This document shows, piece by piece, positions 41,175-55,294 of a DNA stretch of 64,000 nucleotides. The notes beneath the pieces are model-generated. The model did no database searches, had not been told where the DNA came from, and saw only the letters and a program-made list of their open reading frames with translations. Source of the stretch: Lobosporangium transversale. Lineage: Eukaryota. The stretch spans positions 186,001 to 250,000 of the forward strand of contig NW_019029013.1 of NCBI RefSeq assembly GCF_002105155.1, given 5' to 3'. The translations under genes and the position numbers were made by a program. How positions within the stretch are numbered: position 1 is the stretch's first letter; the number at the start of each line of letters is the position of its first letter.

Positions 41175-44130
41175 CTTTAATGTGCCTGAGTGAATTTGGG
41201 TTTGAAAGGATGTGTGCTCCAAGAAATCTGGTACCCATGAAAGAGCATTCACACATGCTCCACATTATCGGCCTGTAAAATATGGATCCCCGAGGGGTGG
41301 ACATTATAATTTTTTGGGAGCATGCCTCCGATATTTCATTGAAATGAAATCAACTTCTTGGCGGGTTGATTCTCTTGGCATTGTGTTGAACAAGAGTCGC
41401 ACCCTGTAACATTTTTTTTTTGTTCATCAGACAGATGAACGATCCCAAATCGATATGCCGGAAGAGCTTCCGCAAGATTTTTTTTTTTTTTTTTTTTCTC
41501 TTAACCGTGTGTATTATGTGCATGGGTGCACTAAACCTGTGTTCAACTTGATTCATCTCCCCTTTTTTTTCAATTCAAAGTATTCATATAATAATAATCT
41601 TAATATTCAATTGGTACATGTTATTTTATGTGCCTATTACATTTCTTGGCAATGCCAAGAAATTCGTCAACTGCTCTTTTCTGTCAATGTGTCTCCCCTC
41701 GAGTAAGTGTATTTTGTGCAACATAAATCTCTTGGCAAACAAACTTTAAAAAATGCCAAGACTTTCGATGATTTTTTTTTTCCTCTTGTGCATGCCTCCC
41801 TGTGTTTTTGTATCTTGTTTTGTATATCAATATTATTGTTTTATTACTGCTCAATAAGGAAATACGGCCATTTTCAAAATGGCCATCATATAATACTTCA
41901 AACATCTTTATATCCTTGAAGACAAACATCCTCTAACTTAATGTGGGGGAGACATATATCAAGGCGGAGCAACCTTTTCGCCGTGTTTTTTTTTTAGGGA
42001 CCCTTATTTTTTTTATTTTTTTATTTTTTTTTTAAATCGCTTGGCATGCTTACACAAAGAATATATTTAAATATAGTAATTTAGTGGGAAATCATTGCAT
42101 GAGGTTGGCCATGTGTGCGGGCGTCTGAGCGTGGCGTATCAAGGGAACAATAGGTGGGTAATCTTGTGTAATGTAAAAAAAAACCCCCATGTCAGAAGAG
42201 TAACCGGTGGCTGATAAACAAAAGGCATGAACGCCCTTTTGGGGAAATGTTCAAAGTATTTTTATGCAGTCAAATTATGCTGTGTGGCTTTGTAAAGAAA
42301 CCATGACCGCAGCAGCACAAGTTTCCCTCCAAGGCTTCTATTCTTTTCTGATTTGCTGAATTTGCTGTCTTTTTTAGACAGTTACCCTGCTCTTCAATGC
42401 ATTGTTCCATGTAGAACATTCAGGCTCCATATTATACTTTCTACAGTCCTTTTAGTCACGATCACTAGCATACTTGATCCTCACTCTTAGAAGAGAAACA
42501 CTGCTGTGTCATAATCTATTTGAATCACTACCCCCGTGCCAGGTGCTTTAGTCTTCTATTTTTGTGTGAGTAATGTGCACACTAAAATAAAAAATAGTTG
42601 CATGATTAAGATGGTAAGTTCTATCGTCATGTCACGGTCGCAGATCACACCGCCACTTAATCCGCCGCAGCCGCAGCCATGTTCTCTTGTCTTGTTTCTG
42701 ATAACGCTCCCGTGAACCGCCCTCTCCTTGATTTATTTCACTAACACCCCGTGTATTAGAATGCTTCTCGTTTCTTATTGCTTCCTTTTTCCTTTTTCCT
42801 TGACGGATAATATTTTTCTTGGCATTTAACGCCGCTACGTGTCAACATGTCCTATAATATCGTATACATATTGCTACGGATTCTTACTGAACCAATCGAT
42901 ATCACCTTAAACGGCAGCTTGATGATCCCTCAGTCACTGCCACCTTTATTCTCAAAGTCATTCTACCTTTTTGATGTATTTACTTTGCCTTCGCCTGTGG
43001 AGGAATAAAAGTGAACAGTTTTACAAACAAAGTAACGAAGGTTTCCTTTTTTTTCTGCCTTATTGGGATACCTTCAACAGCTAGCCTTCGACAACAGATC
43101 CATTTTAGTAATCAAAAGCAAAGAAGAAGGATTCGCACCGAAAAGATCCCCCTTGTGATACAATAGTAGCTAGTTCAGCCTTCTATGGCAAAACACTTTG
43201 ATCGCTAACATCTCTCAACGAGTAGCGACAAAATAGAGACAAAGTGCTAATGTCTTCTATCTACAAACCGACTGCGAATACTGCGACTCTTTGTGAAAAA
43301 CTTGGCTCTTCGATCTAAACACCATGTCTACAGATCATTAGTAAACATGTCAACACGTCAACACGTTATAAAAAGGACTATATTTTTCAAAACAATCTTA
43401 CATGGCCATGCCAACACATCTGTCAAAAAAAAAAAAAAAAAAAAAAAAACAAAAACAAAAACTGCTCGCAACATTTTGTTTTGCTTCAATCACTGCAGCC
43501 ACAGAAGGGAAAGGAATAGAGGATACTTGTAATAACAGGAGATTTTCTCCACGACGATCTTTGGATCTGTTTGTTTGTAGATCTTTGACATGATTATTTT
43601 ACTCGTCTTCATTAATACAACAATAGCCAGATGGCCTGCATGGATGTGAAAGGTTGCAAATAAATCGTTCGCTTAATATCAACTTGTGGTGCTACGGCTC
43701 AAGCCAGACAGGTTTAAAGTACAACCGGGTGTTGCTCTCTTTGCTGCAGGTGTATGCAGATACAAATTTCATATTCGAACAATTCGAACGATACCCTCGT
43801 GGGGAGAATGAGAGCGATGATGTGTAAGTTGAATAGTTGACAGGATGCCATTCGGAGCCATCTCATTGGTCGGCGATAATGCAAAAACATGCCTGACTGG
43901 TTGAATCGCCTTCTTCTGATGGTTCTGGCACTGACTGGACTTACAAGTCTCTGAAGTCTAGTCTAACGTCTGTCACCTTCCTTTTACTTCATTTCTTTGC
44001 TTTTGTTTTATTTATTTATTTATTTTTTTTTCTTTTCCTCTTCTTCCTCTTCCTCCTCCTCCTCCCACTTCTCTACTGTCTTCCTTTTCCTTTTTTTTTT
44101 CTTTGTACTTTACGATCGATCGCTAATAAA

Positions 44131-45152
44131 ATGAACTCCCAGGTGAGTGTCACATTCGATTCGAATTAAAAAACAGGACCAAAGGCATCTGAACAGGATT
44201 TATTGTCAGGAAAGATCGACCTGTAGATTATTCAGATGACAGCACAATCATCAACCATCCGTAAAAGTCTGAGGGACGATTCATAGTTCGAAATGCAACT
44301 TTGTCCTTTCCTTCATCAGAACACTGAGCTTTCATAGTTACTGATCTGGAAGCGGAGGTAGCCTTTCTGATAACTAAAGTTGTGTAGAGAAGTTCCTTAG
44401 AGCGGAAAGCATGGGGTCTTTTTGTTTCTTGTAAACGTCAGGAAGAAGCAACATGAACATTAGCGACAATCAAGCACCATGTTGGATCAACATCATACTT
44501 TTTAATGTCATTATTTTGCAATAACTTCAGAAAACTAATATCATACTTCTATCATCTCCATTATCAGATTATGAACATGGCCTTGGTGATGGGCTCAATG
44601 CAGATCACTAACCGCTTGGATCTTGAGGACACAAAGACCAAACAGCTTATTCTTGGAGCGTATGTCACAGCCCAAGCTCTTGTTCTCGGCATTTCATACC
44701 TTATCAAGCGTCGTATCTTGGCCAAGAAAGACACTACCGTCCTCAAGTACTTAGATCAGCCCAAGCCCTTGTCGGGAGAACAACCCAAGCTTATCACAAC
44801 CACTGTCATGGCCTACGACCTTGAACAAAACGCTCAGGCGCAGAAGCAAGCCCTTATTGGTCTGGCTCTCATGGTCTTCTTGCATTTCCAGTTTGGTGTT
44901 ATTCGTCCTCTTGTCGTTCAGTCTATTCTTCCTGTCAAGAACGCACTTCAAAGCAAGTGGGCCCAGGTTCACTTGTTTGGCAAGCCCGCAGAGGGTGAGT
45001 TGAAACGTCCTTGGAAGGCCGATAACCCATTCGCTGCTTTGGCCGGTGGACAGGAGCCTCAGTCCGAGGCTGCCGAGAAGGCTGCTATCAAGAAGGCTGA
45101 GAAGGCTGAGGCCAAGGCTACCGGAAAATCCGAATCAAAGAAAGACTTGTAA
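44131..45152 (+). CDS. PHO88: Pho88/Snd3-family ER membrane protein
   Basis: Micro-exon MNSQ (44131-44142), intron, exon 44568-45152. LVMGSMQI, TTVMAYD, FLHFQFG..PLVVQSI.P, HLFGKPA.GELKRPW. Confidence 0.9.
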
Positions 45153-46221
45153 AGAAGCAAATAGTTTTAATAAAATCATAGTACATTGGACATATCATCT
45201 TCTCCAATAAAGCAAATAGAAAACCATTTATAGAGTGTTTATTTTATATATGGTTTGATAATGACGCTAATGACAATGTTCGTAGCTTTCGAATTAAGAG
45301 CATCAACAGTCAAATGAGGCTGATCATACAGCTCGTGGGTAAGTTTAAGTATTGCCTGTTTTTTAATGGAATAAAATAGTATGATCAGATCCACACAGAA
45401 TCTCATAACAGTGACCTTAGTGGCTAAATACTGTATGCCACAAGAAGTTTTTTTTATTGACGTAATATAGAGGCAAGCACGAGTCATACGAGCAACAATA
45501 ATTTCAAGCACACACTGGTCATGATCGCTCAGCAGAAAACAGATTACTTCTACTGTCTGTGAGGAGATCCGTAGAGAAATGGAGGCGATTCTAGCTCTCG
45601 CAGTATACGATATGGGGCTATGTAGTCATGCTCTTCATGACGATCATCGTAGTGAACTATGACTTAATGCTAAGAATTGAATATTTGTTGGCTCCAGTAT
45701 ATCTATTATTAACATCAACGGCAACTCACAGATCAAAGGAGATTTTCACCAGGATCCACAAGGCCTTATGGAGATATAATGAGGGAAAGCAGGCAATTGC
45801 TGGTTGAGAAAGTCAGAAATATCATTATTAAAGACACTAAAAGAATCATCATGCGTATCGATACTATAAAATAGATCTTATATGACTTTCTTTCTATAGT
45901 GAGCGATAGCAAGAAGTGAGTGAGAGAGAAGACAATAACAAATGGCTCTGAACGCATGGCGTTAGAGAGCGGCTTAATCCGTATCTTGGACGTTAACGAT
46001 GATTCGACACATCTCAGGTGGGTTATGGCAAATTGGCAATAGCCTCCAAAAACGCGTAGTTATTCCATGTGAATATGATTGGCTGGATAGCAATACTTTG
46101 TGCCACAACACGACACGTCTAGAGAGGCACATCTAAAGAATAAAAGCCCATTTCTCTCACAAAATCGGATTGCATTTTCTCTCATCTACCTTTGTTCATT
46201 TTATCGTCGCGAGCCCAAGAA

Positions 46222-46915
46222 ATGAATAAGCCAAGGCCCCGGACTACAATGCGAGCCTCCTTTCGCTCCATTGCCCTTATGGGCATCATTTTTCTAATGA
46301 CATACTCGACTGTCTTGGCACAGGATGATTCTGCCATGGATCCCTTAAACTCCTTTTTAAACAACATTCACATCACTTCGAATGTAGACCAGATTCCCTC
46401 TTTGGCTGCAGCTGCAGCTCAGAATCAATCCCTACTCTGGGGGCTGTATAGGCCCAACCTTTACTTTGGGACCCGACCGCGTTTACCTGATACAGTCATG
46501 ACAGGGTTGATGTGGTATGGCGCTCATGACTACGCAGGCATAGACAGTAAGCTTTTTTCATTTACTTATTTATTTATATGTTCTCAGCAAGGCTAAACTG
46601 GAGAAAACCATGGAGTTCATCTCATATGAACTGTTTTACGGATTGCAAACTTTTAGATATCCGTCATGGATGCGAGGAACGCGATAAATTCGAAAAATAT
46701 GGATGGCTTAAGGCGGATGGACGAACGTTTGGCACTCAGCAGCTTAAAGATACCCACAACAATGTTGAGATCACCACCGACTTCATCAAAGTCCCTGGAG
46801 GCGATCATGGTAAGAATTGATATCAAGCACAAATCTGGATAATCTCCACAATGGTCATTGAGCCCCGAAAAAGAAAAAAAAAAAAAAAAAAAAAAAAGAT
46901 ATTTTATTTCATTTA

Positions 46916-46946
<31 letters not shown>

Positions 46947-49122
46947 TTTTTTTTTTTTTTTTTGGTTTGTTCTTTATTAGGTGGATCATGGGGCGCCAGA
47001 ATTTCTGGAAAGCCTATCCGTCAAGGTATATATTAGACATGAACTATGTGTGCCTATTGGATGTTGTCCCGCCATAATATAACTGACTTTTTTTTTATTT
47101 TTTTTATTTTTTCTAGAAGAGCCAATGTCCATTGCGGCCTTGTACTACATTGGGATCGATGGCGAGGGCGAACTTGAGATTGACACGGATAACTTCGTAA
47201 GTTGCACGATCTGCTGTATCAGCTCCTTTAAAGGGCAACAGATCAAATGCATACTAATCATTATATTTTCCTTTTGCGAGATCATATAGGTGGCCCAATC
47301 GCCAATTAAATTCGATGGAAATGCAAAAGATCTCGGCAACTTTGATTTTGCGATTGAGCAGAGTATGTTCTAGTGTGCTTTATTAGGCTTTTGTTATCTC
47401 AGGTGTCTCACTTTGAACTTATAGCCTATCAACTGTATGGTAATTCTTAATCTATATAGCCAAAGGGGACAACAAACACGATTCTGTTCATTTCTTTGGC
47501 GCCACTATACCTCGAGGAAATATTTGGAGAGCAAAAGGTAATTTGGTTAGTCTTACTGTCACCATATTGAGTTTGAGACAAGCCTGTGAGCTATAGGCTT
47601 ACTCTTACATGTTTGTACTCGTTTAATAGACTTTGTCCGTGAAGTGATTATACATCAAGTACAAGCATTTCAGCAGATGGGTAGGACTGATTTAATGCCC
47701 AAGGAGCTTTTTTCACTGCCAAACCAGTTCTTTGGAGGACAGCCAAATTTCATCATCTTTCAAATGCATTACGACGCGCCTTTTGAGGTAAGGCAATGGC
47801 AGAAACACTGGTGAATCGGTTTCAATTTCTGTGGTGAGATACAAATGGGCTAAATACTGTTATGGTCCTTTGCTGTTTTAAATGAGTAATAGTTTGAAGT
47901 AAGATTCAACTCAAAGTCGTCTCCGAACATTGTAACTAGCACAACGATCACTAAAGAGCTTGCCAAAGCAATCAGTGCCTTTGACGAGCGTTTTGAAAAA
48001 ACCTTCCATCTCAAGCAACAGGGATACTCTAACTCGATGATTGATTTCGCCAAAGCAGCTATGAGTAATTTGATCGGAGGCATTGGGTGGGTTCATTGTA
48101 TTGAGTTGGTTCCCTGAGTCTTTAAAATGTATTCCGGACTTATTGCTAAACGAAATATCCTTTCAACATTCACTTCAAGTTATTTCTATGGATCCTCTAT
48201 TATTGACGAGTCTCCCATGTATGAGGAAGGGTCCAACGAGCACTTGGAAGGTCCAGTTGCACGCCGCCCTAGCCCTGACCCTCAATACACGCCTCCCGCA
48301 TCTTTATTTACTGCAACTCCCTCTCGTTCTTTTTTCCCCCGTGGATTCTATTGGGATGAAGGGTTTCATCAAACTCTTATCGGCCAATGGGACAATGATC
48401 TTAGCCTTGAGATTATTGAGAGTTGGTTTAATCGGCAAAATGATGACGGCTGGATCCAACGGGAACAGATCCTGGGGGATGAGGCCAGAAGCCGTGTCCC
48501 TCCAGAGTTTCAAGTTCAATACCCGGAACATGCCAATCCACCTACTCTGTTCAAAGCTATCAACCTTTACCTGGACCGTTTAAAGAATGTCAACAATACT
48601 TTTTCAGTGAATGAGCATAGCGAATCAGAGCATGAGCAAAAGCAGCAGACATCTTTCAGTACCGAAGGCATCATGAAGTCCGACGTGACTAATGCAAGAC
48701 TGATGAATACACACCTGGCATCAGATTATCTTGCTAGGTTATATCCTAAGCTTAGGACTAACTATTTTTGGATGAGGAGCATTATGCGTGGAAGGAGCCG
48801 CGAATATGGCCATCGGCATAGCTCTGCTGCCCAAGGCTATAGGTGGAGGGGTCGTACTAAAACCCATACGCTCACGTCTGGATTGGACGACTATCCAAGA
48901 GCTCCACTACCTAGCGTATGGGAACTGCATGTGGATCTACTATGCTGGATTGGGTTTATGAACCGTAATCTCCTGAGCATTGCTAAAATTGTTGAGGAAG
49001 AAGAAGATGTAGAAGAGTTTGAGGAGCATTATTATGACATTGTTGCTGACGTCGATGGTGAGTCGAGACACTGCACAAAGATGGGATGCAAAGAAGTGCA
49101 ACTTAACCTAACGCTAAATTCG

Positions 49123-49153
<31 letters not shown>

Positions 49154-49773
49154 CGCTAGGTCTCCATTGGAATGAGGAACACAAAGCTTACTGTGATCTG
49201 ACTGTCGATGAAAATGACGCGAGCATCCATGTGTGCCACAAAGGATACATATCTTTGTTTCCTATGCTTCTGGGCATCATTGACCCAAAATCTGAGAAGC
49301 TTGGTCATATCCTTGACCTAATGAGTGATCCTGAGGAACTGTGGTCACCGTTCGGCCTTCGCTCCTTATCCATAAAAGACGAATTCTTCGGCACGGGCGA
49401 GAACTATTGGAAAGGCCCCATTTGGGCGCCAATTAACTATCTTGCGCTGCATTCACTGAAGGAGGTAAGGACAAGGGAATGATGGTAGCTTTTATTTACT
49501 TTGCAGATTTATGCACTGACTATATTTCATGGCTATATTTTAAAATCGCCTTAATAGAACTATATGGTTGAAGGCCCTTATCAGGCCAAGGTCAAGGAAA
49601 TCTTTAACAACCTCCGTGACAACCTGATTAACAACATATTTAACGAATATGAGCGTACAGGGTATGTCTGGGAGCAATACAATGATACGACTGGACATGG
49701 ACAGCGCAGCCATCCTTTCACAGGCTGGACCTCAATGGTTGTGTTGATGATGCAGATGGGCCGTGCGGAATGA
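46222..49773 (+). CDS. CWH41: ER processing alpha-glucosidase I (GH63)
   Basis: N-terminal TM. LLWGLYRPNLYFG, TGLMW, LFTATPSRSFFPRGFYWDEGFH, GWIQREQILGDEAR, TLTSGLDDYPR, HKGYISLFP, YWKGPIW, YVWEQY, HPFTGWT. About 10 introns; start codon could also be 46249. Confidence 0.95.
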
Positions 49774-49971
49774 ATACAGAGATAAATAAAAGAAAAATAT
49801 GGTGCGTAGCAGACAGAAACTACAATCCTTTTCTCTTTGCAAACAAACGCTACATTCAGGATACTTAAAGCATGTTTACTTATTAAAGTTCTAGAACATA
49901 TGCAAAAAAAGGACACAGTGCTTCTAAATTATAAATAAAATATATGCAAATAATATTGCTGTTTCCGTTAC

Positions 49972-52614
49972 TCAGTTGCAGACACAGATTCCCTCTACGC
50001 ATCCAGCGCAAGACCAAGAATGGACATCAAAGGTCTTGAGGATCAAATTGACGATCGAGAGTGTTCCTTCGCCCAAGACAAAGCCCGAAGCGATGATGAT
50101 TAAGAAAACGCGTCCAAGGTTTGCAAACCTCGTATTGGGTTGACCCGCATACTTCTTACAGTGCCAATCCCACCAGATCGAGACTAAACCTCCAAGGAAT
50201 CGAGCCAGAGTGAAGTTAGGGAGGTTGTACATGCCAATGGCGAAGGCGATGCCTGAAGGAATATACTTTAGCCACTTTGGTCGTTTACCGCCGCCGCCAC
50301 TATCTAGTTTCCTCAAAAATGCGGCGTCAGAATAAATAGTCGTGAGGATGGTGAGTCCTGCGAAGAGGAATGAGAAACCCAAGATGAAAGGGCCTGTATG
50401 TTCTGGTAAGGAATGGCCATTGACCAATCGAGCCAAATCCAACCAGACTTTGGCAGTTGGGACCGCAAATTGTGGACCGGGCAATTCATAGGCTGTGGAA
50501 TACAATTTATAAACGCCTGTGGAGATAAAAACCGAAGCTAGAGAGCCGATTAGCTGTCCCCAGAATTGGGCCTTGGGAGATGCACCCATAAGATGACCTG
50601 TCTTGAGATCCTGCATCAAATCTCCAGCTTGTTGAGCTCCAGCCTCTGCAATCCCTCCTGCAACCAGATTGGCCACAATACCTCCAGGGACAATGCCTCC
50701 AAAGATAAACTGAGAGACTTTACCAATACCGCTAACTGGATTCAGGTCTGTGGATCCTAGAGCACGGACACCGAGGACCGAAAGGAGGGAGCCTAAAAGA
50801 AGAGCGGCAGCGGTAGCATAGAGCGGCATGTGTTGATCCTTGAACAGAACCCAGATCAAGAATAGACACAAGAACGAGGACAGAATCAACCCACAGACCC
50901 AGATCTTGAGCGGCACTAGTTGATCAGCAGGTGCATCATCATAGTCATCATAATCATCATAATCATCCTCCTGTCTATCGTGATTATTGTGCTGTGCACC
51001 AGGGTGAGCCCTCATCGACGACTCCAACAGCTTTCTACGCTCTTCTACGCGCTTCAGCTTGAGTGAGTATCGGTAATGGGCAATCAAGGACAAGATAACG
51101 ACGCCTAACAACGAGACCACGGACTCTACAATCATGACGCCCAAAGAGATCCAAAGAATCCAGCCTCTTGCACCTGAGGTCGCGCTTGAGACTGGGCCTG
51201 TGACCCATTTGTTGAGTGTTGCAATTGGTGAAAGGATTCCCCAACCGATGACACAGCCCAGGAGCATTGCCGCCGTCGTTGGAAAGCCCATGATTATGCC
51301 CTGGCCCAAATAGCTGAGAGAGGGAGTGAAGAACCATTGCCAGGTGGCTCCAAATTGAACCGATCCTGGTATAAGCCAGTCAAACACTGGGATTGCTGCA
51401 ATAACTGGAACGAAATATGAGAGGACAGTGTAGAGTCCTGAGACCGTGAAGGAAATACCCAAAGCCACCATGTTGGTCCGCCAGGTATCTTCTTGTAAGA
51501 AGGATTTATCCAGACTAAATTCACCACCCTCACCTTCAATCATCAAGGTATCATCTGATCTTGGTTCTGGCGTTGAGCCTGACCCTGACCCTGGTCCTGA
51601 GGTCTCAAAGTTGGCGGAAGAACCTAAAGGAGTCATCTGTCCCAAAGGTGGTGGTTGGTGTTGGTTCTGGGCCATTGCTTTTGCCTGTGTCTGTGCGTTC
51701 AAGGCAGTACTTTTGCCCGTGCTTTGATATTGCGTCGACGGGTCAGGACCACCTTGTTGTTTACTTACGTGTAAAATCGCGGTTGCTTGTTCTTCATCAT
51801 CAAGATCATCTGTAACTCCGTGACGACGGCGTTGTCGAAGTGTGGATGGCGTGCTGTCCTCGTTACTGTGGTGATCATGAACCTTAAGCGGCGTGTTATG
51901 TAGGACACCAATCATCTGCGCAGTCGCAGTTCCAGATGGAAACGGCAATTTCTCTTTCACAATCACTTGTTTTCTAAGAGGCACTGCAATAAAGACGCCA
52001 AAGAACGCAATGGCTAAACACCAAAGGATTAACTCTGTGGCCGATAAGACAATGGGCCCTCCTTCTTTCCCATTACGAGGGGGGTTATCATCTGTATTCA
52101 TCATCTGTAATGCAGGAATGATGCCGACAAATCCGGCTGCTAGGGGCATGGTCCCTGTGGCGACAGCGATGGATTGTAAGACGATATTTTCAGCTGGTCC
52201 GAAAGGGACAGTTAAATAAGGTTTTGCAACTTTAAAGATTGCAAACCCCAAAAGCGAGGATTGCAAGGACATCATTGAGATCCAACCAGTTTGAAGTCCA
52301 AAATACATATTTGTGAAGCAAAGTAATGCTCCAATGGTAATACCAACTCCTACCGCGCGCCACTATGGTAATGGAGAAAAAAGATGGCAACAACAACAAC
52401 AAAAAAAAAAAAAAAAAAAAATGAAGCTGAGATGATAATTCCTTGATGCCTTATTTGTATTCAGAGAGAGCGCCAATAAAACCATTACTAAATCCATTGA
52501 TTAAGTATGATCCTCTCTTACTGTGAAGTGGGGTAGCTCCTCTTTCGGGGTTGTGTTGGTAGGGTCGCCACCATTCTCATGTGAAGGCACGGCCGAGTAT
52601 GCGACCGTGGGCAT
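49972..52614 (-). CDS. OPT-superfamily (YSL-like) oligopeptide / metal-chelate transporter
   Basis: Exon 52614-52522 (MPTV...PHFT) plus exon 52362-49972: WRAVGVG...FTNMYFGLQTGW, ENIVLQS, LPFPSGTATA, YLGQGIIMG, TDLNPVSG, DLMQDLKTGHL, ASGFVLGEG. Confidence 0.93.
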
Positions 52615-53142
52615 TGGAATCGGTGGAATGCAGTATTAGGAGAGGACGTTGAGCGGAAAAAAAAAAAAAAGACGAAAGAGATGAACGAAATGGAATGGAG
52701 TAGAGTAAAAGGGTGAAATTGAGAAAGAAAAAAAAGAAGGCGAGAGAGAGAGGAAGAGAGAGAGGAAGAGAGAGAGGAAGAGAGAGAGTGAGAAAGAAAA
52801 GAAGGGAAAAAAAGCGAATGAAGAAAAGGAATGAAATGAAAGGAATGAAAGGAAGGCTTGATTTGTCACAAACCTGCGTCAATGCCAATGCTAAATCTTT
52901 TTTGTTTTTCTGTATCCTGCGCAGGTTTTGTATCCACAAGTGACATGATGGATTTGTCATGGGAACAAAGTCGGGTCCAATCCAGTTCAGACTCGCTTAA
53001 TGACCCCACATCTGCTCAATGAGAATAAAAAAAGCACTCTAGTGGGCTCTCGATCCCAAAACTAGTCCATCTTCAGAACAATAGGCATGAGCTTGCAAAG
53101 GTCAAGGTGAATGAGCAAGCTTGCCATTTTTATTTTTTATTT

Positions 53143-53790
53143 TTATTGGTCGACAACAACATCATCACAACTACCGCAACCATGATCTGCGTGTTTCAAC
53201 AAAAACACATCCAGTCCACGACCATGTTCTATGAATTGTCGCTGCTCTTTTTCTGGGCTGTTGATGATGGTCGTGATGATGGCAGTATGATAATTTTCTT
53301 GAGAATTCTCATATCGTTCATACGATTTGTAGTGGTGCTTGTAATACTTATGTCGCCGTCGACCTGGTGCCCGAATAAATGGTGCGTCAAAATTGAAACC
53401 AGAGTCTCGCCTTTGTCGATTTAGGATTGTAGTGGTTGACGACGACAGTCGATTGGGTCTCAATGATATCGTTCCTGCTACATTATCTTCAACAGTCAAA
53501 AGGTACATCTCTTTCTTTTTCCAACAATCGGTCATGCGTTCAGGACCTTCAGCTTGTACTATCATTACCATCATCAAGCCATTCACAAATTCACATCTTT
53601 TCATCTTCCGGACCCTCATCAATGTAGTCCTAATGTTCATGCTTTTCTTAGAATATCTCTGCTGTTGTTTTTGTCTTTGTTGTTGAAAATTCATAGTACT
53701 GCCACTTCTCCTATTTTTTGTCATTGCCATTACTTTCTTCTCTTTCTGTGCATCTGCAAACATTTCCGCCAAGACATTAACCACGCAGAG
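53143..53790 (-). other. 215-codon ORF in frame directly after the PRL stop codon
   Basis: TGA(53793-53791)-CTC-TGC-GTG... stays open to 53143. Coding status unknown. Confidence 0.45.
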
Positions 53791-55173
53791 TCATGCTTTG
53801 AGACGGAACATCTTGTTCAATCCATTCTTGACGCTTCCTGCAACACCTCCAACCCCGCCTGATGATCCTGATCCGCTTGCCCCGTGTGCCAAAGGAGACG
53901 ATCCTGACAATTGACCAGATCCACTGCCTAGTGCATGTTTCAAGATCTTGCCCCGCTTATATCCATCAATGTACTGAATCTGAAGGCTGTTGAAACATCC
54001 ACGGCGTCTGCGACGAATAAACTCGACGGTGTCCAAGTTCGCCATACCGAGCTCAATCATGGCAATAGCAACCAAGATGGGTGCACGGCCCAGTCCAGCC
54101 ACACAGTGAACAGCAATTGTAGGGACCTGAGTCATCTCTTCTTCTTCTTCAGATGTGGAAGAGAATGAAGGCGAGCTACTGCGTTGGTGATGAAGACGTC
54201 TGACAATGCGGCTGTCTACTAGCTGAAGCCAATTCTTAATGATGGGAGTTGGTGGCTAATATATTCAAGATATATGGGGGAAAAGGTTTATAAGAGTTTT
54301 TTGTCAGGAAGAAAGAAAAAAAAAAAAAGAAACACGTGTCATGTTGCACTATGTAATTAAAGGCATGGAGGAAAATTAATTTGCATGATCACAAGATTCA
54401 GGGCTGTGCACAGATCACATCTTTCTTCACACGCGCCACCAAAAATAAAAAAATAATACACTCCTTGTTTCTTTTTGATTCCTCTTCTCTTTGTGCCGAT
54501 AGTTCAGCAAAAAGATAATGCGCGACCATGGCAAACTTTAATTGTCTAGGAGTCACCCGAGCAACCAAAAAAAAAAAAAAAAAAAAAAAAAAGAGAGATG
54601 AAGGAGCAAAGACTGGGGACCCGGAAATGTGAGATTCAACAGTTTGGTTGGCCCCTGAGATGGCAAAAAAAAAAAAAAAAAAAAAAAAAGTGCATTGTAT
54701 ACAAAGAAAGGAAATGGACAGGGTAAAAGGAGAAACGCATTGATAATCTGGGTAACTTTAAAAAAAAAAAAAAAAAAAAAGATACATACCACAGCTCCAT
54801 CTCGGAATGGCCAGTCGTGCACTGAAATGTTCTCTGCTTGAAGTGTGGCAGTACTATAGGTCGGCTCACAGCACCTGACTACATCCGTCACATTGTTACG
54901 CTTCAATTCTGCAAGATAAAAGGGCAGAGTCGAGTCCGTGGGACAATCCAGGATCAAAAATCGAATTCCCTTGGTCATAGGTGGCTCAATCAGTGTCAGC
55001 TGTTTTCCCAAAGGAGCAAGGCCTGGGCTACGAGGAGGCGTAGGCAGTCGCTGTAAGCGAGCTGCAGTCGTGGGATTAAGAGCTGTCGCAGTCGAAGAAG
55101 TCAATGATCCGTCCGAGGAGACAGTTCTATACATATTGGTGGATGAAGGCATGTGGGCTGACAAGGTAGTCAT
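53791..55173 (-). CDS. PRL/PTP4A-family protein tyrosine phosphatase
   Basis: Exons 55173-54790 and 54255-53791. RFLILDCPT, VVRCCEPTY, HDWPFRDG, catalytic VHCVAGLGRAP, RRRRGCFN. These are PRL signatures. Confidence 0.93.
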
Positions 55174-55261
55174 TTGTTTTGTTTCCTTTTGGGATAATGA
55201 AGTAGAGTAGGGAGGATAGTATGTTCAATGGATCAGAAGATGAGATAGAAAAAAAAAAAAA

Positions 55262-55294
<33 letters not shown>

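Noticed and set aside
45500..45950. Degenerate gene between PHO88 and CWH41
   Set aside because: Only short stop-interrupted frames with no recognisable motif.
53143..53793. Selenocysteine recoding of the PRL UGA
   Set aside because: No SECIS element recognisable by eye, and the UGA does not align with a catalytic Cys. A SECIS search would be needed.
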